Virus record (IMG/VR): IMGVR_UViG_3300020045_017536
Span: 1-33,300 of that record
Direction: 5' to 3' (one strand)
From: a virus
Lineage: Duplodnaviria; Caudoviricetes
Length of the DNA stretch: 33,300 bases
Position numbers and translations under genes: made by a program. Position 1 is the stretch's first letter, and each line of letters begins with the position of its first letter. The notes below the pieces were generated by a model. That model did not search any database. It was not told the DNA's origin and saw nothing but the letters and a program-made list of their open reading frames with translations. Shown one piece after another: positions 33,198-33,300 of this stretch.

Positions 33198-33300
33198 ATG
33201 CCCAAGCTCAGAACCACCCCCTTCACCCTTCCCGAATCAGGGATCCATTGTGAACTCGGCTTTTCGTATTTTGAAGGCTTACTGATTCAAAAACGGTTTG
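33198..33300 (+). CDS. Tail assembly chaperone, N-terminus (runs off window)
   Basis: MPKLRTTPFTLPESGIHCELGFSYFEGLLIQKRF...; first gene after the tube, and the TLPxSG motif is typical. Confidence 0.6.
   Translation, partial: MPKLRTTPFTLPESGIHCELGFSYFEGLLIQKRF

Noticed and set aside
1-33300. Alternative genetic code (TGA or TAG reassignment, as in some CPR phages)
   Set aside because: Long genes are intact in code 11, TGA stops take part in ATGA/TGATG coupling, and reading through the TGA at 8589 does not restore the AP2 domain.
1-33300. CRISPR array, diversity-generating retroelement, integrase or invertase
   Set aside because: No regularly spaced direct repeats, reverse transcriptase motifs, TR/VR pair or recombinase motifs were seen by eye.

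Overview
A 33.3 kb piece of a tailed dsDNA phage genome, probably a siphovirus: it has a tube and tape measure but no sheath. A Patescibacteria/CPR host is inferred, not shown. From 1 to ~27,600 all convincing genes lie on the minus strand. In coordinate order they are a Mu-gp29/DUF935-type portal (partial), terminase large and small subunits, ~13 kb of small accessory genes (HNH-type nucleases, RHH proteins, an M23+3D-domain membrane hydrolase, a MucR-like zinc protein, YopX), tail fibre, holin/C39-like endolysin, tail proteins and tape measure. From ~27,600 to the end the genes lie on the plus strand: HNH, fibre-like protein, head-tail connector, neck, terminator, tail tube and the start of the tail assembly chaperone. 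Main observations: (1) the strand switch is an inversion junction at a CCATGG palindrome joining the C-terminus of a probable major capsid gene to the frameshifting C-terminal half of the tail chaperone; (2) a distinct ~1 kb cassette (7.58-8.59 kb) follows a truncated HNH-AP2 gene and carries a ~175-nt rod-like RNA, two diverged 73-aa paralogues around a zinc-finger gene, and SD-led translation; (3) two promoter-proximal A-B-A'-B' pseudoknot/attenuator leaders; (4) many other genes have a C-rich TAACC...ATG leader instead of a Shine-Dalgarno. No integrase, repressor, polymerase, helicase or primase was recognised. All family calls come from motif recognition by eye; no database search was run.
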